Source: Octopus bimaculoides
Lineage: Eukaryota
Direction of reading: 5' to 3'
Length of the DNA stretch: 60,474 nucleotides
Assembly (NCBI RefSeq): GCF_001194135.2
Contig: NC_068989.1
Coordinates: 3,140,004 to 3,200,477, forward strand
Position 1 is the stretch's first letter. Each line of letters begins with the position of its first letter. Shown here one piece after another: positions 38,928-51,914 of this stretch. The translations under genes were made by a program, and so were the position numbers. Below the pieces are notes generated by a model that worked only from the letters and a program-made list of their open reading frames with translations, ran no database searches and was not told the origin of the DNA.

Positions 38928-38977
38928 AACAACCTTAATCGATTTTCAAATCTTATTGGATTCTCATCAGAGATGTC
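38928..38977 (-). ncRNA. Type I hammerhead motif with palindromic helix III
   Basis: Minus strand reads GACATCT-CTGATGA-GAATC[caataa]GATTT-GAAA-ATCGAT-T-A-AGGTTGTT. The core is intact, the palindrome is AATCGATT, the triplet is UUA, and helix I pairs with one wobble and a bulge. Confidence 0.65.
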
Positions 38978-40146
38978 TACATATGTTTGACCAAACTAGG
39001 GGAAACAAGCAGCCAATCTGGTTCTGTACTCAACAATAACTGTAACCTTTTCTAAAGACAGCAGAACAATGGAGGAATGTATTAAAATTGGTTGCATTTC
39101 AGTGAATGGAAATCAGGTCACACACCTGCTTCATTAAATGTTTAATTTTCTTTTTGTAATTAGTTGGAGAAGAATAGGAGGTGTCCATGACCTTTGCAAA
39201 CTCTCAGAAATGATATCGGCCACTATTGAGTCTGAATATCTGTGAGTCAATGTATGTAGAGATAATAGGGGCAGAATGGTCTAAATACATGCGGCAGAGA
39301 GAACTTTGTTAAACTCACCTGAGGACCAGGTGAATATATGATTGTTGGTGAGTCCCAGAACAACTCTGACTGAATAGATCATCAAAGGTGTCCTAATCCC
39401 CTCTTTTTTTAAAGTATAATATATCTAGGACTGGGTTATTCAATAAATCCGTACTTTTCAGAGACAATATGGTGTGATTTGAGGGTAAAACTGATTAGCA
39501 ATCAATTCCTGGAAACCATTAGTGATGCATACAAAGAGAAACAAGTTTTACACATTGAAGAATCAAAATTAGGTTGCAAGTCCCCACCCTACAAGCAAAT
39601 ATCTTGAATACTGGTGGTGGTCCTTTTGGGTCCCAATGCAAGGGACATAACTCCAATGAACTAAATATTTTTCTCTCTGCATTTAACTTGGATGATTTCT
39701 CCTAAGAATTTTGTTCCAATTTTTTACCGTGGTCATAAGACCTACAAACTGGAAGTGACATTTCCAAGCCTCTTGTGACCAAGAGCCCATGTCATGTTAT
39801 TCCCTTCAGCCAATTTTGGTGAGGGCTGAGGCAGGTTCTTGACTTCTAGTATGGAATCAACTGGAAATTTTGTTATTACGAGACTAGAATTTTAATCTTT
39901 ATTATTAAAAGGAAAAGTTTTGTATTGAGCTCAGCTTTGCCTGTCATCCTTTTGGGATTGATAAAATAAGGACCTGTTGAGCATTAGGGGTGATGTAACT
40001 GACTAGCCCCCTAGGCTTTGAGCGAGTTGTGGAAAAGAATAGATATCAAATTTTAGCATAGCCAGCCCCTGTCAAATGGTCCAACCCATGTTAGCATGGA
40101 AACAGGGCATTAAATAATGATTATGATGTGTGTGAATGTATGTATG

Positions 40147-40196
<50 letters not shown>

Positions 40197-40481
40197 CTCT
40201 GTTTATGCACAGTGCAGTGTGAATTAGAAAAACAGAATTGAATTTAAATAACACCCACCCACCCACACATGCACACACAGATATGTCCGACATCATTACA
40301 CAAGGATACTGAAGTGGGTCGCTGATAAATGAAGTACGATACATTGTTAGGTTCACACTCATACACACTTACGCATACATGTATATATTGATATATACAA
40401 AATGCACACACACAAACACGTGTCATATAAAAGCAAACTTTGTATGTGTGTTTATGTAAATGTTTGTTATTGTATCAAGTT

Positions 40482-40668
40482 TCTTTATCTTTTGTTTCAG
40501 TCATTAGACTGTGGCCATGCTGGAGCACTACCTTGAACAATTTTTAGTTGAATGAATTGAACTCCTAACTTATCACCTTAAGCCTGGTACTTTTTCTATC
40601 GTTCCCTTTTCCTGAACTGCTAAGTTACAGGCACACAAAGGTACCAACACTGGTTGTGAAGCAGTGGT

Positions 40669-40710
<42 letters not shown>

Positions 40711-40847
40711 ATGGGCTTCTTTCAGTTTCCGTCTACCAAATCCACTCACAAAGCTATGGTTGGCCTGGCCCAAGGTGCCACGCAGTGGGACTGAACCCTG
40801 AACCGTGTGGTTGGAACACAAGCTTTTCACCACACAACCATTCCTGT
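40482..40847 (-). mobile_element. SINE family A
   Basis: Reverse complement of family A from tail (ttgtttcagtcattagactgtggccatgctgg) to head (cacacaaccattcctg). Confidence 0.85.
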
Positions 40848-41656
40848 GTCGAAACCATTCACCATTAAACTGAAGAATCACTCAATACTTTGCAGTTGAG
40901 CACATGTTTATTAAATTCTTACAAGAAGAGCAAAGAGTTGGCTTTGAAATTTCTGCCTGCTGGCCTTAGTCAGACAGACATATGTTTCAATTACTCTTTT
41001 TGCTTGTTTCAGTGGTCATGCTGGAGCACCACCATTGTATATACATCATATATATATGCTTTCTTCTTCCTTCTTTCTTCCTCTAAGAAATCTTTTTGCA
41101 TTTATTAGGAAGGTATGCCCCGTTCAAACTTCTCAGCTCGTGAATGTTACATATTTCCCTAAATCTCAAGGTTGCCTAAGTTTACCTGTGTTAGTTAAGG
41201 GATTAACTATGAAACTCTTAATGAGCATTTTTTCATCTCTTTACATTCTGAGTTCAAATTTTGTCCAGGTTGACTTTAACTTTCATTCTTTCAGGAGTCA
41301 ATAAATAAGTCCCAATTCAAGACTGGACTCAATGTAATTCACTTGGACCCTCTAAGATGACCAACTTGCTGTCTCTATTTGTTATGCACACACACACACA
41401 CGCCTATATGTTCAGACATACTCTGCCCACGCCTCACCCTCCACACACCTATATATAAATACATGTTACTCATTAACTTTTAGTTTCATACTCACTCACT
41501 CACACGTGCATGTACATAGATGCATGCACTTATGCACACACACACACACACACATACATGCACACAGATCGATATACAAATAGATCATATCTTTTTATTT
41601 TCTCTCTCTCTCTCACACACTCACTTTTGCTCTCTCTCTCATAGATGAACATGTGA

Positions 41657-41751
<95 letters not shown>

Positions 41752-42992
41752 GAGTCATGGATAATTCTGAATTAATCTAATCTATAAGAGTTAGAATTCA
41801 GAGTTTATTAATTTTTAATTTCATGTTAATTATTTATTTATCTATTAGTTCATTTAATTGCTTATCTCTCCATTCAATTATTTATAACTTGATAGATAAT
41901 TTTATTTGAAACTGGAGTGATATCGTAATGAATCAGCCCTTCTCTTCAAAGCTTGCTGGCCTTGTGCCTAAATTAGAAATGGTTATCACCACCACCACCA
42001 CTCTCTCCACCATCGCCATCATCATCATCATCATCATCCTATTCATCATCCTTGCTGTGGCTACCATTATCATCACTACTGCCATCCTCATCTCAACTGC
42101 TGCTGCCTCCACCCCACCCCTGCTGCCAATTCCATCCCCCACCACTATCATCACTACTAACTACAGCATCATCATCATTACTACATGCAATGTGCATGCA
42201 TGTGTGTGTGTGTGGTGGACTAGAACAATTCTGAGGTGTACCTATTGAAATTAAGTTTCCTCTGTAACATAGGCATGATAGTATTTTCAATAGGAATGTC
42301 ATTAAGTTATACTACTCCACTACACTCAATGTGGCTACCATTATAGCAGCTTATAATAGGGGGCAAACTTGGAAGATACAGCTTTGTCTTTCATTCTTCT
42401 GGAGTTGATAAAATAGAGTACCAGTCAATCAACAGGTTAATGTTATAAGCTAATCCCCACCCCTCAAAATTTCATTGCTGGTTCTGAATTCTATAAAATA
42501 AGTCACTTGGCATGGCATGATTTACTTGGGCTGATGAAAGACAGATAAAAATGAAATTGTTTATTGACCCAGAACTTTCATCGCCACTGCTGCTCCACTC
42601 ATCATGCAATGTTCTAAACTACTCATCACTCTCCACCATCCTACATGTTGTCCTTGATGAGTGAATAAATGGGGTAGCGGGTGGACTTAAAAAATCCTTA
42701 ATGAATGTCTAATTGTATCAGAGAGATGTGTATGTGTGTGCACAAATGTATGCATCTATATGTGTGTGTAGATATCTATGTGTACATATTTGGGTATATT
42801 TGTTTTTAAGTGTATATTTGCATCTATATATGTGTCTGCACACACACACACACACACAGGTAGGTTTCATACAACTGTGTATATTTCAGTTTAAGAATGT
42901 ATATTTTTATGTGGTATGTATGTGTATGTCAGTGGTTGGGGGGGGGATATATAATGACATTAATTAGAATGAAGAATAGCACTTCTTTAATA

Positions 42993-43438
42993 CAGGATTA
43001 CACCATACCAAAAGCTGACACGTGTTTCGATTATGTAAGCATTTTTGGAAATAATTCAATGGCGCAAGTCTACAAATTAGTCCATATCAAATCAATTGTT
43101 TTATAAGATATATCCAAAAATTTATGCTAGCATAATTTTTTCAAAGCAACCCACTTGCATGGAAATCAAACAACGACTGGAATTTTAGCATCAATATATC
43201 TTTGATTAGTTCCCTATATTGATGCTAAAATTTCAGATTTTGTTTGATTTCCATGTGAATGGGTTGCCTTTAAAAGTTTCTGTTAGCATAAATTTTTGTG
43301 AAAAATCTGATATCACAATTGATTTGATATGGATTGATTTGTATTTTGTACCAATGAATTATTATATCCAAAGATATTTACATAGCAGAAACACGTGTTG
43401 GCTTTTTTTAAATTTTTTTAATTTACAGTGTAATCATG
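42993..43438. mobile_element. Fold-back (almost wholly palindromic) MITE, TA-flanked
   Basis: Outer TIR CAGGATTACAC / GTGTAATCATG with TA on both sides; inner arms 43010-43198 and 43215-43406 are reverse complements around a 16-nt loop. Confidence 0.85.
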
Positions 43439-43589
43439 TATTGAAAATTTATTGTTCTTCTTTCTAGTTAATGTCTTTCTAATATGCTCTGGAATTTTGG
43501 AGCTTTTCTTAAGTGAACTTTGGATTTACTAAACAACCTAGGAGTACAACCACAGATGTAAATTTTATTTGGGTTTTATGAACTCCACC

Positions 43590-43964
43590 TCATCATCATT
43601 TAATGTCCACTTTCCATGCTAGCATGGGTTGGACGGTTTGACAGGAGCTGGCTAGGCCAGGGGCTGCTCCAGTTGTTTGTTTTGACATGGCTTCTATAGC
43701 TGGATGCTCTTCCTAATGCCAAACACTTCACAGAGTGTACTGGGTGCTTTTTGTGTAGCGACACACCTGTTAATCAATATAGTTAGCCAAGTTTGGATAG
43801 CTTCAGCGTGCTGAGAAGATATCTGCCTGTATTTGTAAATCCCTATTACACATATATATATATATATATATATATCATCATCATCATCGTTTAATGTCCG
43901 CTTTCCATGCTGGCATGGGTTGGACGATTTGACTGAGGACTGGCGAACCAGATGGCTACCAGAC

Positions 43965-43968
<4 letters not shown>
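43590..43968 (-). mobile_element. Two 5'-truncated RTE LINE 3' ends
   Basis: (TCA)n-tttaatgtcc.ctttccatgct.gcatgggttggacg at 43590 and 43875. Confidence 0.8.
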
Positions 43969-44004
<36 letters not shown>

Positions 44005-44194
44005 ATATGTGTATTTGAAGATCTGTGAAACACAATGAAAATATCTGCTGAGAACATCAACTCACAAATTCTATGTACTCAGCAATTTAACCTGTATTTA
44101 TGTACATATGTATATATATCTATCTATCTATGTATGCCTGTATACATCCATCCATATATGTATATATACATTATACACACACACACACACACAT

Positions 44195-44281
<87 letters not shown>

Positions 44282-44769
44282 CACATATGTATGCATATAT
44301 ACACACATGTACATGTGGGTTATAGGATTGCTTTTTCTCTGATAATTTCATATTGTTTAGGAACCGTTTTTATTTTTCCAACTTTTAATGCTTAATGATT
44401 TCCCTATTCGCAGTTCCACTCTCTCTCTCCCTTTCCCTTCCCCATCTCTCTCTTTCCCCCTCTCTCTCTCCATCTCTCTCTCTCTCTCCATCTCTCTCTC
44501 CCCCCATCTCTCTCTCTGCAAATATATATATATATATATATGTTGTGCCAATAGATTATGAATTATTTTTGTCCAGGTATGGATTTTATTTTTCTTGCTG
44601 TAATCAGACAATTGCTTCAGAATTTATCCTTCATCAATATATTTTGGCAATGTTCGAAGTTAAATTTAAATTTAAAAGCAACTTTCTCATGACTGTTACT
44701 AATGAAATGATCTGGAAGACCATCGTTCTTGGTTTCTAACGAGTTCCCTGATTAATAAAATAGACAGCA

Positions 44770-44905
44770 AATTGGCAGAAACATCAGATGAAATGCTTTG
44801 CAGTATTTCATCTGGCTTTTGAAATCCGAGTTCAAATCTTGTCAAGGTCAGCTTTATCATCTTTCTGGGTTTCATAATGTACCTTTGTGGGGTCGTCGAC
44901 AAAGG
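44770..44905 (+). mobile_element. SINE family C fragment
   Basis: ttggcagaa...aaatgctttgcagtatttc...gagttcaaatc..caaggtcagcttt. Related pieces lie at about 25860-25915(-), 26005-26130(+), 41255-41315(+), 42375-42470(+) and 46052-46150(-). Confidence 0.6.
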
Positions 44906-45879
44906 GTCCACAGTTTAATAATTTGGACATTGGGGTCCAGATTGTTAGGTCATGGGTTTGTTGTCTAACAGACATGGAGATTACTGCCCCCATTTGATCC
45001 ATTTGGTCCATGCAAGTATGGGAAAAGCTACAAGCATTAAAATGATGATACATACACACACGTATGTGTATGTGCATTTGCATGTATGTGTGTGTGTCTG
45101 TGTGTCTTTGCATTGCCAATCTCTGACCAATATTGATACTCTGTCTTCCATAACCAGAATGTCCTGTTCAATTATTGAAAAAAGTAAAAAAAAAATAGAT
45201 TTAATCTTTAGTTATGTTTTTTTTGTGTTTTGTTGTAATGTTTTTTTTTTTAATTTCTAGTTTTTCACCAAAGATAGAAAAGCACTGCCTTAGTGTCTTA
45301 AACCATAAAGTGGAGAGGTGAGGTAGGGAATGATTTATTGGATAGTGGTGGTCATGGTTGGAGCTATATCCTACCCGAGAACAAAAAGACATCATGGATA
45401 TGTCTTGAATATCTTTGATCTTATTAACCAGGGGCCAACCAACGACAGCAGCAACAACAACATCTCCGACCACAAAAGGCATCTCACATAACAATTCCAA
45501 AGAAAACAGCACAAATGAGCCAAAGATAATGGTTATGAGCAAAAATAGCACCAATGTCACCAGCTGCTTCAGATGGGCCAAAAATAGAAAGAAAACTGGA
45601 AACCATTCCAAATGGAAAACAAAATTAAATTCTTTGAATTCCATCCAAAAGTATTAATCAAAATTTATATCTAAGAGTGTGTGTGAGTGTGCATGCCCAG
45701 GTGTATGTGCATGCAAATACACATACATGCACATACCCACAAACATACACATGCACACAAATACATTTGTTCATACATACATACAGAAGCACACACTTAT
45801 ATCAAATATATATATATTTACATACGTACAAGTATCTCATAAAACATGTATGTATATATGCAGGAATGTATATATGTAT

Positions 45880-46050
45880 TAATCCATTACGTCTGGCTTA
45901 TATTGATTTGGGTAAGACATTCGACAGAGTCCCATGGTCTATAATTTGATAGTCACTATGGAAACTAGGTGTGGATCAGTAGCTCCTGAGGGCTGTACAA
46001 GCTATGTACAAAGGTGCAGTAAGTAAAATGGGAGTCGACAATGTGTGTAA
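45880..46050 (+). mobile_element. RTE LINE reverse transcriptase fragment
   Basis: NPLRLAYIDLGKTFDRVPWSII**SLWKLGVDQ*LLRAVQAMYKGAVSK corresponds to the RT motif FVDLEKAFDRVP...WW.LRK.GV.EWL. Confidence 0.85.
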
Positions 46051-46051
46051 C

Positions 46052-46285
46052 TGGTACTTAATTTATCGACAACGAAAGGATGAAGGGCAAGTTTGACCTC
46101 GGGAGAATTTGAATTCAGAATGTAAAGACAGACGAAATGCCACTAAGCATTTTGCCTCGGTTTCTGTATACCAAATCCACTCGGAAGGCTTTGGTCGGCC
46201 CAAGGCTATAGTAGAAGACACTTGCCCAAAGTGCCACACAGCGGAACTGAACCCGGAACCATGTGGTTTGGAAGGAAGCAACTCC
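46052..46285 (-). mobile_element. Adjacent SINE C (46052-46150) and SINE A head (46150-46285)
   Basis: ggtacttaatttatcgac..gaaaggatgaagggcaagtttgacctcgg..., then taccaaatccactcggaaggctttggtcggccc...actgaacccggaaccatgtgg. Confidence 0.75.
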
Positions 46286-47149
46286 TACCTAGCTGTTTGT
46301 CTGTAGATGATTAGTGAGACCCAATGCTCGAAAGGAACTGAGCCACTACACCTAATAATTGTGGAAAAATTATGAGAAAAAACCATTTCTGTTCATTTTT
46401 ATCAAATATTTTATAGTGTACCAAGGATTTTCTATACACAATATACATACTTATACATAATTTATACACACATATATACGCATGCACACATATACAAATT
46501 TATTCTCTATTATTACCTTATTGTGTTACCTTGACGTTTTAGGAATAACTTAGTCTTTTTTCCAGTGTGATCCAATTGTCAGGATATTTCCAATATACCT
46601 TAACTCCAATACTTGCAGGCTACCAATTCCACTTGAGTAATTCTTCTACGCTTGCCTTCAACTTTTTTTGAATGACTGAATGTTTAAGGTTGATCAAATT
46701 CTTGACATTGCTTCCAACATCCAATACACTTTTAATCAAAGGATTTACAATAATCAAATGGAATGGTAAAAGTAAACTTGCAGATTTACTTCAGTTTTTC
46801 TCTCTGACTAATTAGGAAACTTGCTATTCTGTTTCTTTATTTCAGTGCATTGAACTTGTCGTAACAGATGAAGAATCGTTATTCTCATAATTAAGATTGG
46901 CTGAATGAATCTGAATCAGAGGCATCATTAGACGAAGCAGCTTCCATTAAATGAAGTTCAGATTTTTAAACAGTTAAGAAAAATGTTTTATTTTATACAG
47001 ATTCTGCATTTAATCTAATGCAGTTAAGCAAAACTATTGCATGTATGAATATCGAGTTGAAATTAATTTATTCATTTTTGTATTTGGTTTGTAAATCAAC
47101 ACATAATGTGAATTCATCTGTTGATACAGAGTTTGTTGACTTTTGGAAG

Positions 47150-47505
47150 GGTCATTTTGCCAATAATAAACACACGCTGGTTCTATTTCACTTCATTTAT
47201 TATTATTTGTTTATTGATTAATTATTTAATCAGTTAAGTAGTTGATTGTTTAATTAATCTTTCAGTCAATCAATGATTTAGGTTTGTGAAAGAACTTCCA
47301 TTGGTGTTTGCAACCTCATCAATAGCATTCCCCCTCTCCCAGTCATGAATGATGACTAAAGGCCTTTGACAAACCTGATTGATTGATTGACCAAACAATT
47401 AATCTGTCAATTAGTTAATTGGCTAAATAGTTAACCATTTGACAAAGAAAATGATGAAGAAGTGAAATAGAATCAGTGCATGTGTTTATTATTGGCATGA
47501 TGACC
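47150..47505. repeat. Long imperfect inverted repeat (fold-back)
   Basis: ggtcattttgccaataataaacacacgctggttctatttcacttc pairs with gaagtgaaatagaatcagtgcatgtgtttattattggcatgatgacc; inner gtcaatcaatgatttaggtttgtgaaag pairs with ctttgacaaacctgattgattgattgac. Confidence 0.8.
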
Positions 47506-47901
47506 TCCTGAGACACAAGTAAAAAATATATTCACATATACAGTATTAAACCACAAATACAAATCTATATGACTAAAATAATCTTTTCTACATTTGTTTC
47601 CTAGCTTTCTGAATTTGTCACTGAAACATTTTGTAACATAGTCAAGCGCACCAGTTATTATTGGTGTTTATGAGACTTTGAAATTCCTCTTTGAAGCTGC
47701 AGCTTTTGAAGTGGTTGTGTATAAATATTCTCATTGATCTTCAAAGTAATTTTCACATCTGCTGGGCAGCTGACCTCAGCGACTGTTTATAGAATTTTCT
47801 TTTCTGTCCCAAACAATTATATTGAACCTATTGTAATGTCACTAGGTGAAAGTCTTGATAGGAATGTTTTACCAGTATTCCTTCAGTTGACATGTATGAA
47901 T

Positions 47902-47902
<1 letters not shown>

Positions 47903-47941
<39 letters not shown>

Positions 47942-48215
47942 ACGTTTAACATCTGTTTTCCATGCTGGTATGGGTTGGACAATTTGACTGAGGTCTGGAA
48001 AGCAAGCAGCTGTATCCAGGCTCCAATCTGATCTGGCAATGTTTCTACAGCTGGATGTCCTTCCTAGTGCCAACCATTCCAAGAGCGTAGTGAGTGCCTT
48101 TTACATTCCACCTGCACAGGAGCCAGTCAGGTGAATCTGGTATCGATCACATTCTGATAGTGCCTTTTATGTGCCACTGGCACGGGGTCCATTCAGGGGC
48201 TACTAACATCGCCTA
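47903..48215 (-). mobile_element. RTE LINE 3' UTR
   Basis: (ATC)n-aacgtttaacatctgttttccatgctgg...ctacagctggatgtccttcctagtgccaacca. Confidence 0.85.
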
Positions 48216-48248
48216 GTATCTATATATATATACATATGTATTATATAC

Positions 48249-48287
<39 letters not shown>

Positions 48288-48329
48288 TATACATACATGC
48301 CTGTGTATATATACACATACACAAAGGCA

Positions 48330-48635
48330 AAGTGGCCGAGTTCCTTTCAAGTGTTGGACCTCACAGAGGCAATGACCGAGACCTTTGGCATTATGTCTTG
48401 CTTGAAGACCCATCAAGCGGCGCAAAATCACATGCAAATGGCACCCGTACTGGTGGCACGTAAAAGCACCCATTACACTCTTGTAGTGGTTGGCATTAGG
48501 AAGGGCATCTAGCCGTAGAAAACCATGCGAAATCAGACTGGAGTCTGGTGCAGCCTTCCAGCATGCCAGCCCTGGTCAAACCGTCCAACCCATGCCAGCA
48601 TGGACAACAGATGTTAAATGATGATGATGATGATA
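48330..48635 (+). mobile_element. RTE LINE ORF end plus 3' UTR with (ATG)n tail
   Basis: LDLTEAMT-RDLWHYVLLE, then ggttggcattaggaagggcatc...ccaacccatgccagcatgg...gttaaatgatgatgatg. Confidence 0.85.
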
Positions 48636-51507
48636 TATATGTATTTGTGTATTGATTACTTTCCAATAGATCATCTCTGTGACTCTAATCATTTACCTCG
48701 ACTCTCGTTCGTAAACAGTGTCTGCACTTCTGAGTGGAGATCTCAAATTGGCTTCGTTATTATCATAGTCAAAATTAAGGGTGGATGATGCAGATGAGAG
48801 GGTATGTGGTTGGGGTGGGGTGGGGGTAGTTGAGAGGATGACTTGTTATTTTCTGGTTTATTCTTTAAAATGTTGGAAATAGCTCGTTAGTCTGTTGAAT
48901 GTGGAAGTATGGTCCATTTTAATTAATGAGGAGGGGGGTGGGGTGGAAAGACTTTCTAAAAAGAAAAATACAAAAATCAAAAAAAATGAAACACCAACTA
49001 ATACAACAGCAACAAGAACAACATGATTGCAACTTTATGAAAAGTAAAATGAAATGATAGAAAGCTAGACCTTCGTTAAAATAATTAATTGAATGATAGT
49101 AACTAGCCATAGCTCACACACGCATACATGCACAAACTCACACACATACATGTACACATATTCACACACATATACTCACACTCATGCACACACATACTCA
49201 CGCACACACATACTCACCCACACACATACTCACACACACAAACTCATACGCACACACACACACTCACACACACACATACACACACACATACACACACTCA
49301 CATGCACACACTCACATGCACACACTCATACACTCACACACACACACACACTTGCATATATTTAGTATAATTCGGGTGAAGACCTCGTAACATGCCTACA
49401 TGGGATCTTATGTTGTTATATGGCTACCACATGTTATCCTACAGTGGGGAATATTCCAGGAATGGATACTCAAGCACAACTCCTCGTTGCATGAGACTAA
49501 TACAAGCATAATACAACACAAGGATGGAGGGTTGCAACATTTGTTTCTGCACCCCACACCATCTTTGAGTTGCTGAGTTTATATTCAAAAGCCATTATAG
49601 AAGGTTGTTCTTTATAATTATTATAGACTGATTGTGTACAAAACTGTGTGAGAGGTGTAATTGTGTCTGTGCATGTGTGTGTGTAGATAATTAACGGTGT
49701 AGATGTAATGACAAAGAAATTTTCTTTAATGAGCAACTCAATAACAACTGCAACAAAAATAAATAAAAGGCAAAAAACAGTCAGTTAAAAATGCTACATG
49801 TTGTTAATGTGTTTATTAGTGAATATTTGAGCATACGCATTTATTTGCTTCCCTAATTAAAAATAAAATTTTTGTAAAACATCAACACTCTAGATTTCTT
49901 CAAATGTTCATTTTTGCAGAATTCCAGTCACTTATCAAAATCAAGTAAAAAAAAGAATACAAATTAAAAAGTAAGTAAACAATGTTTAGTTGTTAATTTT
50001 ATGCTGTAAGGAAAAGTGAATGCACTTGACATTTCAGACAGTAGCCCTTCAACAAAGGAGAAAGAGAATATTTATTTTTAAGGTGAAGAGAAAATGTATG
50101 TGTTTAATATTTCAAAATTTTAAAAAGAATATTTATTTGCATCTGAAATTTTATGTTCTGAGATGGTTGTCAAGTAATTTATTTTATTATATTTAAAGAA
50201 TCTTCTTTTTAATAATGCTGTCTGCATATTTTTTCAATAAGACAGCTAGATGCCTATTCCTAACCCTTCATATTCTAATCTCTTGTCACCAAATATGTTT
50301 GTACATCTAATTCGTGTAAAAAAATTTTTTTTGTGATATCCAACTTTCTATACAAAGAATCCCATAACCTGAATCTGACACACCTGTATTCATGCATACT
50401 TCCTCATTGTACAGAACCCTAAACAATAACACAACTCCAACTTTGAACAAACAAAACCTTCCAACAATAACTTTCTACCAGCCCACACCTTACCTACTTT
50501 CTTCCTCTCCTTTTCTGTCCTCCTTCCTATACTTCTACTTCCTGGATCTACATACACAAAGCATAAATAGTTCCATTTACCCAAGAAAAAACAACTTGCT
50601 CAAGATTATATAAAGCCAAAAGAAGCTCAAGTGTATTATAGTACACTGAAGTCTAGCAGACTAAAACTGCAAACACACTGTTACCCCTCACCCCTCTATG
50701 TATAAATGTTTAATAAATACCACACACTCACATCTATGTGTGCGTATATACACACATATATATATTAATTGCTGTTAAGGACATCATCTTTTGTTTAGCA
50801 ACCATGACACATTCTACCAAGTATATTAAAGGTTTATAAGTCAGTATTGTGCTACATTTTCGTGTTATACATGTTTCTATTATTGATCGCATATTTTTTA
50901 CATAGATGTATTCATATACAAATCATAACTTTCAGTGCTAGCTCTAAATTCTATACAATATCTGTAGAGATAACTTGAAAGTGATACACACACACACAAA
51001 TTTGTAACTGCAAATATATATATATTCTGATGCACTGAAATTTTTAAAAACAAAATGATTCCTGTTTTAACAGTTTCCTTCAGAAAAGTCTTCCTCACTG
51101 CTTTAAATGTATGTGTCCATAAATATTGTTCTTCTGGAACTATATTGAAGTTCTTAACAGAATAAAAGCCTGTCACTAACAAAGTGACAAGACTTTCTTA
51201 TTTGAATTTAGTTTCAGACATTTGTGTATATGCATTTGTGTGTAGTTGCAGGTATACAAAGGATGTATATATGTATGGTGTCTTAGTGCAATATTTAGGA
51301 CTTTTTAAAAGAATAAAAGCTGATCACTTACAAAATGACAGAACTTTCTTGTTTGAGTCAAAACAGTTCCAGAGATTTCTCTGCAATGTGTGTGTGTGTG
51401 TGTGTGTGTGTGCATGGTTGAATGTATGCAAGGAATTGTATGTCTACTTCTCTAGTTGGCAGCTTGGCAGTTATTTACACAAATACACATTCATGCAATC
51501 ATATATA

Positions 51508-51914
51508 TCTACTATGTATGTGGGAAATTCTGTCTGTGGGTGTGTTTGTGGAGTTGTTAGCTATCTCCTCCTACATCGTTTTATCGATTTTGATGAAACT
51601 TGACACATGAGTAGAACTCTTGTCTGAAAACCACATGGCATACTCAGATTGTTGAAAAAAAAAATCGATGATAGGGCCCCTGGAAGGGATCCTTATATAT
51701 AACTAATATATTTTATTTTAACAGCCAAGGGAAATAACCCATTCATTTTCCTATATTATTTGGTATAAATCAAATTGAGTATGCTTATTTAGTATTTGAA
51801 ATGTTGGTTATTTTCGCAATTTATCCAGTACAACCCTTAGGTAAATAGTATTTTCCCAAACAATAGATCCACTTATTTCGGTTAGTGACTTATTCACGAA
51901 TATACCAACACTAG
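51508..51914 (+). mobile_element. Probable non-autonomous Helitron-like element
   Basis: Starts A|TCTACTATG..tctgtctgtgggtgtgtttg..atcgattttgatgaaacttg and ends CTAG|T; subterminal hairpin not convincing. Confidence 0.45.

Noticed and set aside
42525-42572. CTGATGA...GAAA with TGGG/CCCA flanks
   Set aside because: No helix II pairing and no NUH triplet.
48800-48826. G-quadruplex-like G-run cluster
   Set aside because: An isolated low-complexity motif with no functional context.
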